Assembly: GCA_020184695.1 (NCBI GenBank)
Contig: JAANOX010000278.1
Location: forward strand, 248,001 to 312,000
DNA from: Histomonas meleagridis 2922-C6/04-290x
Taxonomy: Eukaryota; Protista; Parabasalia
DNA: 64,000 nucleotides
Direction: 5' to 3'
Shown piece by piece: positions 51,643-62,708 of the stretch (positions within the stretch are counted from its first letter, which is position 1; every line of letters begins with the position of its first letter). Position numbers and translations under genes: made by a program. The notes under the pieces are model-generated. The model made no database searches and had not been told where the DNA came from. It was given only the letters and a program-made list of their open reading frames with translations.

Positions 51643-52776
51643 TTAATTTTTTCTAACTTTAAAGTCTTGAATCAATTTCAAAATTCTTTTTGCCTTGTCC
51701 ACTTCCTTACCAATTTTATTCGTTTTTTCATTTTCCGAATTCTTTAATTTCAAGTTAACGTTTTCCTCTTCAATTTCTTTTTGCTTTAAACGTTCTTCTG
51801 TACTTTTCACATCGATTTCAATCAATTTCAATTGCTGCACTTTTTCTTTGTATTCGCCTTTCAAAATTGAATTCTTTTCTTTTTCTTTGTTCAATTTTTC
51901 CTCTTCGCTAATTAGCTGCAGCCGTAAATTGTTGATTTGCTCGTTGTTTAATGAAGTGGCTTTAAACCTTTTATTAAAGGTTATGGGAAGTGATGGATCT
52001 GCGGGAGGAATATTGGTTTCGTTCTTTTCATTATAAATTGGAACTGGAACTTGAATCTGTGATCGTTGATTTAGAGGGCTTTGACGATTGTTAAGTGGAT
52101 TGTTTCGATTTTGATAAAGAAATGCTGGTGCACCTGGAACAGGTTTAAAAGAATTTAATGGTGATGCTCGAGTTGATGGTAATGTATTGCTGCCATGTTG
52201 ACGCGTACGGGAAAAATCGCTTGGTTTGATATAATTTATTTCGCCTTTAAAGATTTTGTTGATAGTTTGGGATAATTGAATTATTGGAATTCGTGATGAA
52301 AAAGTTTGCTTAAAATCATTACTTTGATCAAAATAAGTTTCGCAAATATTAACAAATGTTATGAGAGAAGGAGATTCTATAAAAAGATTGATATCTTTGT
52401 CAAGTTGATTCCGATCAAAATTTTCAATCGAAGTATTGAGTTGTATATATTGGGTGACTTCTACACGAAATAATTGAACTTGCTTATCAAGAAGTTCTTT
52501 TGCTTTAAGTAACTGATCTTTTGTGATATTATTGTAAATTGATAGCTTGATTATATCTTGCTTTTGGACAGGATTGTCGCATGCTGCAACACGGGTGCAG
52601 GTATCTTCTGAAATCTTGGATAAATCTTGAAAGATTTCTTTGGATTCTGGAATTTTATCAAATCCTATTTCATTGATATAATTTCTCATTGACTCTAATA
52701 ATGATATTAATTCACCGTGCTTGTCTGGTTGTTTTTCTTGTAATTTTTTGAAATATTCTTCTACATCATCGCTCAT
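51643..52776 (-). CDS. Hypothetical protein with C-terminal coiled coil
   Basis: 377-aa ATG ORF: helical N-terminus, Pro/Gln/Asn-rich linker, E/K heptads. Confidence 0.7.
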   Translation of the reverse strand: MSDDVEEYFKKLQEKQPDKHGELISLLESMRNYINEIGFDKIPESKEIFQDLSKISEDTCTRVAACDNPVQKQDIIKLSIYNNITKDQLLKAKELLDKQVQLFRVEVTQYIQLNTSIENFDRNQLDKDINLFIESPSLITFVNICETYFDQSNDFKQTFSSRIPIIQLSQTINKIFKGEINYIKPSDFSRTRQHGSNTLPSTRASPLNSFKPVPGAPAFLYQNRNNPLNNRQSPLNQRSQIQVPVPIYNEKNETNIPPADPSLPITFNKRFKATSLNNEQINNLRLQLISEEEKLNKEKEKNSILKGEYKEKVQQLKLIEIDVKSTEERLKQKEIEEENVNLKLKNSENEKTNKIGKEVDKAKRILKLIQDFKVRKN

Positions 52777-53526
52777 TTCCTGATAAATGGTACTCGGGAA
52801 TGTAAACTTATTAAAAAGTTTAACTGGAACTAGTCAAAAATTTTATTGCGCGGTTTTTTTATTAATGGATTCTGATCCTTACTGACAAAGCAAGGCTCAT
52901 TCTTCTTTTACTAAAAACTCGAATTTCTTTTGATCCATTTCTTCTATAAGTGATCAGTGCATAAAAGATTTAGATATTTTAATATGAACACACCTGAAGA
53001 AGAAACCAACGAAGAATCATTTAAATAATTAAAAATTTTTTATAAAATGTCAAATCTTCCATAAGTTAGATATTTTATTCTCTTGAGTTTAACTTTTTTT
53101 TTACGAATTCTTTCCATTTATTAATGTTATAAAGTTTCAAATAATGAATTCTATTTAGAGAATGAATATAATGTAATTTTGTTAATATTTTCATCTTGTG
53201 TAATTCATGATGTATTATATTTGTTTTAAGCAGAGCCATCGAAACCATTGATATCCATGCATTTGTATGAACAATATTGTAAAGGAAAAAAGTTTTTGAT
53301 TTTATTTTTTTTTTCATGAGTATAAGACATATTATAAATGTTTTACAAATAGAACATTAATATCTAAAGCAAAGACGAAATAAATGATGAAAAACAATTA
53401 TTCAAAATTTCTTTAATAGAAATGGAAACACAAACATTAAATTTTGCTCAAAGTTATTTTAAATTAATTACGAAAATATTTATTGATACGCAAAAGTAAA
53501 AACATAAAAATCTTCTGCAAATGATT

Positions 53527-54684
53527 TCATTCAGTTGGTACTTTATCATCTGCGAGAATCAGCACACCATTTTCCAAGTCAATACTAAATGGCTTATGTT
53601 CATCTGTTTGTATAGACAACTCTGGGTATGGAAGTAATCCTTGTTGTAGTCCAATGAATTCGAATGATATTCTTTGTGAACCATTTGGTCTTAATACATC
53701 AGTTTTAATTACATGTGTTCCATATGGCAATAACTTTGTTTCGCTTTTACATTCCGCGTTAATTAAGAATGATCTGTCTTCATTCGACGTATTGTGAACA
53801 TCAAATTTGACTGAAAAAGGCGTTAGCAACTTTTTCAATTGGGGCGGCCCAATAATTGAAACAGCCAAAGGGAGTTTCACTTGGCTTTGTTTGTTTAGGT
53901 CGAATGTGCTGAGTTCCAATGTGCAATTTGACTGAAATCCAGTGCTCCATTTCACATAAAGATGTTCGATCTCTTTGAGGTCATTGTTGTTCTCACCCCT
54001 TTGAAGCTCAAGACCATAAACAGCTGAAACTTGTGATGAAGGAAGGAGAATTTCGGCAACTTGAACTTCAGATTCATCAACTACATAGTTTTCTGTTGGG
54101 AATACCTCAATAGAAACATTCCGCATAACATATTTGGTGTTGTTGCATAAAATTACTTCGAGAAGAACTCCTTCTCGACGTACTTTTGTTGTTTTGAGAT
54201 GATATGAAAAAGATGGAGAAACATCAATCTTGAAATTGCCTTTAATATTGTGGCTTTTGCTTTCAGTTGTGCAAGAACCAGATATATCAAAATGAAATGA
54301 TCCATCAGTATTTGATAAAAATTGGATAGGAACAAATAGTTGTGTAAAGGATCCATGTTGTTCAATATGAACAGGAGTATTAGTATCGGTGCGTGTGAGC
54401 TTAACATTGTTTGAATCACGAGGTTTGATATCCATTGTAATTTTTGTAATGACAGAGTTTGAATCTTTGCGTTTGATTCTGGCGAGAAGGAAAGATGTAA
54501 CTCCTGAGTAAATTGAGTTTGGATTAGGAAATATCTCCCATGTTGAAAAAGTATTTTTAATTTCATTTTGTGATTCAAAGTTAACCAAATGACCTGGAAA
54601 TTGAAACGAACATGTTGGGGCTGGTAATGAATATAAATCTAACGTTAAATGCTTGCCAAGAGGAATACTTTGGCAGCGAGACAT
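53527..54684 (-). CDS. TRAPPC13/Trs65-like protein
   Basis: Three beta-sandwich regions with HLTLDLYSLPAP, LLEVILCNNT...MRNVSIE, LYVKWST, PFSVKFDVHNTS and GLQQGL, matching TRAPPC13 layout from memory. Confidence 0.6.
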   Translation of the reverse strand: MSRCQSIPLGKHLTLDLYSLPAPTCSFQFPGHLVNFESQNEIKNTFSTWEIFPNPNSIYSGVTSFLLARIKRKDSNSVITKITMDIKPRDSNNVKLTRTDTNTPVHIEQHGSFTQLFVPIQFLSNTDGSFHFDISGSCTTESKSHNIKGNFKIDVSPSFSYHLKTTKVRREGVLLEVILCNNTKYVMRNVSIEVFPTENYVVDESEVQVAEILLPSSQVSAVYGLELQRGENNNDLKEIEHLYVKWSTGFQSNCTLELSTFDLNKQSQVKLPLAVSIIGPPQLKKLLTPFSVKFDVHNTSNEDRSFLINAECKSETKLLPYGTHVIKTDVLRPNGSQRISFEFIGLQQGLLPYPELSIQTDEHKPFSIDLENGVLILADDKVPTE

Positions 54685-54946
54685 TTCAATTTATTTTAGG
54701 GCACCCCAAAAATTTTTTTATTTAATTAAGGAAAATGTTTTCAGGGTAAGTCGAATTCATATTTAATGAAAGAGTAATAAAACATAAAACTGTCTCTTAT
54801 TAAATTCAATTTTTTATTTATGCACATAACACTTTCGCAATAATGATTTAATCACTTTCAGAGAATTTGATTTTTAAAATGGAGTACTGCCAAAATTACA
54901 TTTCAGAGTTTTTGGAGAGATACAAAGGAAAAAAGGAAAATCTTAT

Positions 54947-55678
54947 TTAATGTTTAGGAAGCCATCCAGAAGTCTTCCATCTATGGTCGTTCGCAACTCT
55001 CACGTAAGCTGCCTTTGCCTCTTCGAGAGAATATGGGGATGTGTTGGAGAAATCAATTCGAGGATCACTTGATAAGATTTCTGAAAACAAGTTAATTAAC
55101 ATACTCTCGATTTCGTACACTGGTTTCCATGACTCCATTGTCAAAAGGTCATTGCAAATACTGCCTCCAACGGTAACTCTTCCTTTATGGAATAAGAATC
55201 TTGGTCTGACAACTCTAACGAAAGGAGGTACTTCTGGATAGTTTGGCGGGAAAGAAACTTCAAATTCGATGTAATCACGTCCTGTCTTCTTCTTATACTT
55301 TTGGATATCATCGTAAATTGGTGTCTTCTTCTCAAAGCCAAAAAGATGGACAGTCCAAACAAAGAGGTTGTTTTGGATTGGTTCAGCAGTGAAACCATTG
55401 ACTTTTGGATCTGATCTTAAAATCATGTTATAATCTTCGATAAGACGAATTGCAGCAGAACCCTTTGGATTGAACCTTTCCATGAGGGTTTCTCTGATCT
55501 CTTCTTCCTTAGTCTTTACCTTCGGTTCAGGTGCAGATGCAACAACTTGTGAAATATCAATGTCATCTGGGAGCTCAAACTCAACATCATCATCACCTTC
55601 ATCGATGACGCACTCTTGATCGAAGTCTTCTTCATAATTTTCTGGGAATTGTTCTTCTTCTCCAAAATCGTCAGACAT
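54947..55678 (-). CDS. Ubiquitin-conjugating enzyme, UBE2Q-like, with acidic N-terminal extension
   Basis: NNLFVWTVHL, FPPNYPEVPPFVRVVRPRF and VTVGGSICNDLL with catalytic Cys; start at MSDDFG (55678). Confidence 0.88.
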   Translation of the reverse strand: MSDDFGEEEQFPENYEEDFDQECVIDEGDDDVEFELPDDIDISQVVASAPEPKVKTKEEEIRETLMERFNPKGSAAIRLIEDYNMILRSDPKVNGFTAEPIQNNLFVWTVHLFGFEKKTPIYDDIQKYKKKTGRDYIEFEVSFPPNYPEVPPFVRVVRPRFLFHKGRVTVGGSICNDLLTMESWKPVYEIESMLINLFSEILSSDPRIDFSNTSPYSLEEAKAAYVRVANDHRWKTSGWLPKH

Positions 55679-55972
55679 TTTAATGCACTTTTTCTCTTTT
55701 TGAACATAATGTTCCATTGTAAAAATAATGTATTCAAAAATTGAGAAGAGAGTTTGGCAAAAATTCAAACCATCATCAACATTTGAAATTGTTTCATATT
55801 TCCCTAAAAATTTATCTCATTTTCATATGGAAGTAAAAATCAAAACGTCATAACTATTTTAGTATGGAATTACATTCGAAACAAAATTTTTACTAAAGAA
55901 TGCCAAAGAAAGTGGCCGTTTAATTTTTGTTAATAAAAATTTTAAACGTACATATCAAAAATCTTTGGTTGG

Positions 55973-58747
55973 ATGGATAAAATCCACCAAATTGATCAAT
56001 TAGTCAAAAAAGCAATTGATAATTCATTTAACACAGAAGCATTTTTGGAAATTTCAGATAAAATTCGAAGGTTACTTGCGCCAACTAATCCTTATCCAGG
56101 CATTTTAGAAAAAATCGAAATTAACCTTATAAACAAAATTATTTGTATCCTAGAAAAGTTTTCATCCATAGTTTTTTGTGATAAATATAAATATATTAAT
56201 AGTAATTCACATACATTTCGAGCTCTTGATGCTTGTTTATTAGCTCAATTAGGGAAAATTATTATATACTGCAAAGTGCAAATACCAGAATTTGATATTA
56301 ATGAAGTTATTGAAAAGTTCGATACATGTTTAAGATTTTCATCCAAAAATTCAGAAAAAAGCAAATCAATTACAGAATCAGAAATTTTTAACATGTGTGC
56401 GTATTTATTTAAATACAAAAAATATGAAAATGTATATAGTATTTTAAAATTAATTGAAATTACTCAAAGTAATTACAAACAAAGATTGTATCAAAAGATT
56501 ATTTCTCTTATTATAAAGTCACTGGTTGGTATGAAAAGGTGTGATGACGATGAAATTTTTAAATGGTTAAATCTGATTCACCCAGAACAAATGACAGATT
56601 GCTTATTTTCAATAATTGTCAATTACCCACCACAGAGAGTAGATATGATGATTCCTTTTTTAGAAAGATGTATTGATAAAAAATCAATAATTCCATATTT
56701 TGTATTAAATGGTTATTTTGGGTCATATCCTGAATTTAAACCTTATGAAATTTTTTTTCCTGCTTTAATTCCACCGAATATAGTCTGTTTTAATGAAAAT
56801 ATATTTAATGAATATATGTTATGTTATCAATTATTTGAATCAAGCTCATTTTATAAATGTGCAATGTATTCCATTGAAGTTTTAAGTAAACTTCCAAAGA
56901 GTAAAATCCCTCCATCAGGTTTAATGATGATATTTTTCTTACATTATTGGATTTCATATAGTTTTGACGCGTGCGGCTTTTGTACACGTGCCAAATATTA
57001 TATCTTACAAATGCAAAAAATCTTTTCACATTATCCATTTTCATTACAAATTATATCATCTTTAAGTTTAAAAATCCATCTTAATCTTAATGACATCGAA
57101 AGTTTCAAACCAATAAATACAACAAATAAATATTTTTATAATTATTATAATTATGATTGGATATCAACACAATATTTATATGAAGCAATAAAATTATCTT
57201 TTGTCAATGATAATTTAAATGCGTTAAAATATTATGAGAAAATATTCCAAAGTAACAACGATATAATTAAAAGAATATCATTTCATTATTATATAACACA
57301 AAAAAGAGTTAACAATGAAAATGTTAACATTGAAACATTCGAAAGTTTTTGTAAGCAATATAAAGATACATATTCATTATATAATTATCATAAATCAATC
57401 GAACTTCTTAAATATGAAGACTTAGATAAAATTTGGAGTTTAACAGAAACTTCAACAACTCCAAATCAAATCATCTTAAATCTTTTAAATGAAGCCGAAA
57501 AATATGCGCATGGTTATTCCATATTATTACGAAAGATTAAACAACTTAAGGCATTAATTATCGGGCGTTCTAATCAAAGTGAAACTGCTTGGTTAATAAC
57601 AACTTCATTATCGACAACATTTGATAATTTTTTGAAAAAACAAAATCAAATACAATTCAAGCCGAAATATCCGATATTATCTATAGCTTATTTTAATATC
57701 ATAAGTTTAAATCGTTGTTTATTAATATCATTATATTATCCGAATTCAAAACCTTTAGTCATTCGTTTACTTGTTAGTTCAAATATTGAAGAAATTCTCG
57801 AGAAAATTGATATCGCTGAAAAGAATCTTGAAATCCCATTAAACATTGATTCCAAAAATTGGTGGGAAACGCAAAAGAAAAAAGAGAAAATATTTATTCA
57901 ACAACTTCAAGAATTTCAAGACAAAGTTTTAGGTGTTTGGAGTGGGTTATTAATGCCGTATGAATACTCCATTAAGATAAGTTTGATACAATCGATTTGT
58001 TTATCATATTTGCAAACTATTTCATGTAAAAAGCAACAAAAAATGATACAAATGAAACTCGAACAATTAATTCAATTACCAATACCAATGAACAATATAA
58101 AATGTATTAAAAAATTACCATTAATATTAATATTAGGTAAACATATTCATAAAATTCCATGGGAATCATTACCAAATATACGTAACAATGGAACAAATAT
58201 ATCACGAATTCCTTCAATTAAATTATTATTTTTAGATCAAAAAATCCAAACTATTAATAAGAAATCAGGTTATTATGTAATTGATCCATGTAATGATACT
58301 AATTTTAATAAAGAAACTTTGGAAATATTTAAGCGAAATTTATGGGACGGAATATTTAGAAATATTCCGTCTCATGATTCATTAATTAAACAATTACAAA
58401 ATAAAGATATTTATACGTATTGCGGTCATGGAAGTGGTGCACAGTTTTGCGATTATGAAAAATTAATTAATTACCAAATTCATTCATCAATGTTTTTGAT
58501 GGGTTGTAGAAGTAATAGATTAGAAGATAATGGTGAGTGTGAACCTTATGGTACTCCTTATTATTGTATTGCCGCGGGTTCTAAATCAATTGTCGGAAAT
58601 TTGTGGAACGTTTTATGCGTAGATACTGACCGAGTGTTGGTCGGAATCTTTAAACAGTTCGCAAATCAAAAACATAAGGATTTGGACGAGGCTATAGAAA
58701 AAGGAAGAAATTGTTGCAACAACATTATGATGCGAAAAGAAAATTGA
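55973..58747 (+). CDS. ESP1: Separase (peptidase C50), C-terminus apparently truncated
   Basis: IPWESLP, ISRIPS, YYVIDP, YTYCGHGSG (catalytic His), LMGCRS (catalytic Cys), IVGNLWNV. Confidence 0.88.
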   Translation: MDKIHQIDQLVKKAIDNSFNTEAFLEISDKIRRLLAPTNPYPGILEKIEINLINKIICILEKFSSIVFCDKYKYINSNSHTFRALDACLLAQLGKIIIYCKVQIPEFDINEVIEKFDTCLRFSSKNSEKSKSITESEIFNMCAYLFKYKKYENVYSILKLIEITQSNYKQRLYQKIISLIIKSLVGMKRCDDDEIFKWLNLIHPEQMTDCLFSIIVNYPPQRVDMMIPFLERCIDKKSIIPYFVLNGYFGSYPEFKPYEIFFPALIPPNIVCFNENIFNEYMLCYQLFESSSFYKCAMYSIEVLSKLPKSKIPPSGLMMIFFLHYWISYSFDACGFCTRAKYYILQMQKIFSHYPFSLQIISSLSLKIHLNLNDIESFKPINTTNKYFYNYYNYDWISTQYLYEAIKLSFVNDNLNALKYYEKIFQSNNDIIKRISFHYYITQKRVNNENVNIETFESFCKQYKDTYSLYNYHKSIELLKYEDLDKIWSLTETSTTPNQIILNLLNEAEKYAHGYSILLRKIKQLKALIIGRSNQSETAWLITTSLSTTFDNFLKKQNQIQFKPKYPILSIAYFNIISLNRCLLISLYYPNSKPLVIRLLVSSNIEEILEKIDIAEKNLEIPLNIDSKNWWETQKKKEKIFIQQLQEFQDKVLGVWSGLLMPYEYSIKISLIQSICLSYLQTISCKKQQKMIQMKLEQLIQLPIPMNNIKCIKKLPLILILGKHIHKIPWESLPNIRNNGTNISRIPSIKLLFLDQKIQTINKKSGYYVIDPCNDTNFNKETLEIFKRNLWDGIFRNIPSHDSLIKQLQNKDIYTYCGHGSGAQFCDYEKLINYQIHSSMFLMGCRSNRLEDNGECEPYGTPYYCIAAGSKSIVGNLWNVLCVDTDRVLVGIFKQFANQKHKDLDEAIEKGRNCCNNIMMRKEN

Positions 58748-59200
58748 TTAAAAATATATAAGAAAATTTTACATGATTTTAGTAAAAATATAAACCTTTA
58801 ACAAAAAAGTCCATTTTATTTGTAGCTTATCAATTAACAATAACAGTTACCTTCAAACTTGATTCTTATGATCCATTTTAAATTTTGGATTTATTTCTGG
58901 ATTCATCAAAGGTTTTGAGTATAGTGTACTCACACTATTTTCTTGAAAAATATGATACTTCTGGAAAACATTAATTTAGAATAATATTATTTATTCTACT
59001 CGTTTATTATTCTTTTAAAGTGAAGAGAATCGAATATTTAACATGATGGAATTTTGTCAGATAGTAAGAGATAAAAAAATCTAGATGAATCATATAAAAT
59101 TTATTTTCCATTTTGAATGTTCCTGTTAATAACAATTCCAACAATAAGAACAATTATGAACATTTAAAAAAAATTCATTTAAAAGATATTTACATTCGAT

Positions 59201-60898
59201 TTATATATTTACAATAAGATTGTCTTCTTTAAAATCTGAAGCAAATGGATCTTCTTCAACATGAGATACTTTTATACCTGCACTGAAATTGTTATTAATT
59301 TCTTGTTCATTTTGTGAATATTTTTCATCTTCATATTCAAAACTATTAAGTTTATTTATATATTTATATTTTCGAATAAGAAAAATAACAAGAAATATTA
59401 AAATTAAAATTATAACAATTCCAACACAAACACCAATAATGATATAATTATTATTGTTATGATTATCTGTATTTTCATTTTGTTTTATTATCGTATAAAA
59501 ATCGGAATAAAATTGATAATAAGAAGAATATGCAAAAATTACATATTCATAATAAATAATCGTATTAACATATATACGTTCAGAATTAAACATTGATATT
59601 ATAATAGTATTCGTTGATTTAGTTATTATTAAATATGTTTCTGTATTTGATAATGAAAATGTTTGAACATAAGAATGTGATAAAATTAAACCTTCTTGTG
59701 TTAATTCTGTGAATGCATTACTTTGAGAATATGTATTTGATTGTGTGAATATATTAGAATATGTATTTGACTTAGTAAATGTATTAGAATATGTATTTGA
59801 CTTAGTAAATGTATTAGAATATGTATTTGATTGTGTGAATGTTGCTGTCGGGAGTGGGTTACATCCTTCAATTGTCGTTTCGCTAATATTAAGATAACCA
59901 AATGTTTTATTTACATATAATGATGTTACAATAACTGTATCTGCTTGAATGCTTTCAAATGCATTCGTTCCAATATTTGGTGATATCTCTCCACAATAAT
60001 ATATACATTTGAGTTTAATGCAATTATGAAATGCAGAGTCACCAATTGTTTGAACATTCCCTTCAATATAAATCGTGATTAAATTTATACATCGTTCAAA
60101 TGCATTGTCACAAATCCTTGTAACTGTTTCAGGAATTGTAATATTTATTAATTTCTCACATTTATAAAATGTAGAATATCCAATTTCTGGAATATTTCCA
60201 TAAATTTCAACAATTTCTAAATTAATACATTCTGAAAATGCATAATTCCCAAGTGATGTAACTGTTGTTGGAATCGTGATGTTTTTCAAATTTGAACATT
60301 GAGAAAATGCTCTTGAACCAATTGTTTTTAATTTGTTTCCAATAATAACTGTTTCTAAATTATTACAATTTTGAAATGCACTATCATTAATTGTTTCAAT
60401 ATTATCTCCAAGATTAATAGTGATTAAACTTGTACATGAAGAAAATGAATATTGACCAACTGATGTAATCGAGTTTGGAAGTATTATACTTATCATGTTT
60501 TTACAATTATAAAATGTATGATCTCCAATTTCTGGAATATTTCCATAAATTTCAACAATTTCTAAATTAGTACATGAATAAAATGCATAATTCCCAAGTG
60601 ATGTAACTGATGTTGGAATTGTGATGTTTTTCAAATTTGTACATTGATAAAATGCTTTTGAACCAATTGTTTCAATCGTATCACTAAGTTCAATCGTAAG
60701 AAGTGTTCCCCATGAAAAGAATCCTTCCGATGGAATTGTTGAAATTCCTTTCATAATAATAACTTTTTCGGTAATATTTTTATAATTTTCAATATACTCA
60801 AATTCAGTTTCAACATTTATCGTAAGTGTTTTCGTATTTTTGTCATATGATTCTGAAAATGTTTGAATAAAATAAAGAGATATTAAGAATGGAAATAT
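59201..60898 (-). CDS. BspA-like LRR surface protein; leader begins with ATA, first ATG at 60754
   Basis: Frame is open from ATA at 60898 (IFPFLISLYFIQTFSESYDK) through TpLRRs, TFTKSNTYSN stalk, TM and EEDPFASDFKEDNL tail. An internal 345-nt (5 x 23 aa) LRR duplication is visible. Confidence 0.85.
   Translation of the reverse strand: MFPFLISLYFIQTFSESYDKNTKTLTINVETEFEYIENYKNITEKVIIMKGISTIPSEGFFSWGTLLTIELSDTIETIGSKAFYQCTNLKNITIPTSVTSLGNYAFYSCTNLEIVEIYGNIPEIGDHTFYNCKNMISIILPNSITSVGQYSFSSCTSLITINLGDNIETINDSAFQNCNNLETVIIGNKLKTIGSRAFSQCSNLKNITIPTTVTSLGNYAFSECINLEIVEIYGNIPEIGYSTFYKCEKLINITIPETVTRICDNAFERCINLITIYIEGNVQTIGDSAFHNCIKLKCIYYCGEISPNIGTNAFESIQADTVIVTSLYVNKTFGYLNISETTIEGCNPLPTATFTQSNTYSNTFTKSNTYSNTFTKSNTYSNIFTQSNTYSQSNAFTELTQEGLILSHSYVQTFSLSNTETYLIITKSTNTIIISMFNSERIYVNTIIYYEYVIFAYSSYYQFYSDFYTIIKQNENTDNHNNNNYIIIGVCVGIVIILILIFLVIFLIRKYKYINKLNSFEYEDEKYSQNEQEINNNFSAGIKVSHVEEDPFASDFKEDNLIVNI
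59725..60540. repeat. Direct repeat shared with 63185-64000 (offset 3460 bp)
   Basis: LRR block and stalk repeats are near-identical between the two tandem BspA genes. Confidence 0.92.
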
Positions 60899-61011
60899 GT
60901 TTTTCGTGATATTTATTCGAATTTTATGTTTGTTATTATTCTTATTATTCTTTTTATTAAAATAAATTATTATGTAATGAAGAAGAAAAATATAATTAAT
61001 TATAATTATAT

Positions 61012-61404
61012 TTAAAAAAATAAAATTATATGTATAATTATAATTAAATAAACATTTAAAATTATTTTATGATGTTTTAACTTTCCGATGAAAGAATTGA
61101 ATTTTTTAATTTGTGTTATTTTATTGTTCAAATAACCAAATGATTTTGTTTCATTTAATGATTGAAATGTTTGAAATGATTTAATTTTAATTGAAATTTT
61201 ATGTTTTATGAAAATGTTAAAAATAATTGGGAAATGTCTGCTTATCATATCAATTTTATCATATTCTTTAGTAAAAGTAACAAAAGACATAAAAATTTGT
61301 TTTAATTTATCATTTTCATCATGTAAAAATAATTTATTTGAGACACATTCAAAATAATTAGTCGTCATTGAGATAGTTAAATCGATTAAGATGAGAAAAA
61401 ACAT
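61012..61404 (-). CDS. Small hypothetical ORF, hydrophobic termini (may be a relic)
   Basis: 130-aa ATG ORF with signal-like start MFFLILIDL; very AT-rich; no family recognised. Confidence 0.3.
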   Translation of the reverse strand: MFFLILIDLTISMTTNYFECVSNKLFLHDENDKLKQIFMSFVTFTKEYDKIDMISRHFPIIFNIFIKHKISIKIKSFQTFQSLNETKSFGYLNNKITQIKKFNSFIGKLKHHKIILNVYLIIIIHIILFF

Positions 61405-61707
61405 GAGAAAGAAAGGCTTTCTGAAACCTCCAAATTTGGAGGTTTGAATTCAAATTCACAAATTTTGTTACAAATTTTTTATTTGTAAACATTAGAAAAA
61501 AGTGCTTTTATCCAACACATCTTATTCTATGATTAAATAATTGTACATACTTTTTTATTACTTAAATGACGAAACAGCAAACTGCTTCTTCATATTCGCA
61601 TTTGGTTTGATAATTATTGAACCACAAAACAAAGAAAATTTGAAACAATTTTATTGATTTTTGACTTTGTTGAAGGCTTTTCCTAATTTAATATATCTAC
61701 TATGCTT

Positions 61708-62145
61708 TCATATATATATATGCCTTTGGATGTCAAAAGCTTTTTTACACGTGATTTTCTTATGAGATTTGTAAAAGTATAAATATTTAGAAACATTATT
61801 ATATAGGAAAATATCTTTGTCTAAACTTTGATTTTGCTCATATGTTTTTGAAAAAGGAGGATGGTTAAGTTCATTAGTGTCTATACTTTGAGCTTCTGTC
61901 AAATCAACTGGCGGAAAATCGATCGTAGGCTCATATTCAACATCATCTAAAATATATTCTTTATCAATGACATATTCATATCCTTTATATTCTTTGTTTG
62001 GTGGTGCGTGTTTTATATGATCTATGGGTTCTATTATATTTTGTCCTTTACATTTGGACTCAAGACCTTGAGCACATTCTGTTTCAGAATGCTTCATTAA
62101 ATTTGACTCATCGCAATATCTAAGTGATTTTTTAAAAAAATGCAA
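61708..62145 (-). pseudogene. Orphan coding fragment without a clear ATG start
   Basis: 145 open codons with protein-like acidic composition, TTG start, decays downstream. Confidence 0.35.
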
Positions 62146-62708
62146 AAGTTTGAAACATAAAATATTTGGAGCATAATTTTTATTATAAATATTAATATTT
62201 TATCAAATATGTTACTAAAAAATGTTGTAAATAATTTTCATAGTTAAAAATTCAAATACATTTTATTTTAACATAAATAATTTACATTTTTTTCCTTAAA
62301 AATCAGAATAATTAAAATTATATTCAAATTCAAACATTAAATACATCAACGCATGCGTTAATGCTAAATAATTATTTAAATGATAATTTTTAAATAAATC
62401 AAAGTTCAGATATATTAACAATTTTTTTTGATATATTTAAAGAATTCTTTCATTATTTGATTAGAATTTGACTGTCTGCAAATAATTATTTAAATAATTT
62501 CATTAACTGAAGTAATTATTTTAAAAATATTATAAAATCATTTTTTACTAATGAATTGGTAATTAATGTGATAATTGATATGTATAATAAAAACATTTAA
62601 TGAAGGTAAAAAATAATATTTTAAAGTGATTGATGAGCAGTGTAACATTTGAAGATAAATAATGAAATTATTTATCAAAGTAATTCGCATTTATTATATT
62701 TATTGATT

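Noticed and set aside
52865-53390. Possible gene between 52776 and 53527 (including ORF 53075-53317)
   Set aside because: Several stops in every frame and no recognisable motif; at most an unidentifiable relic.
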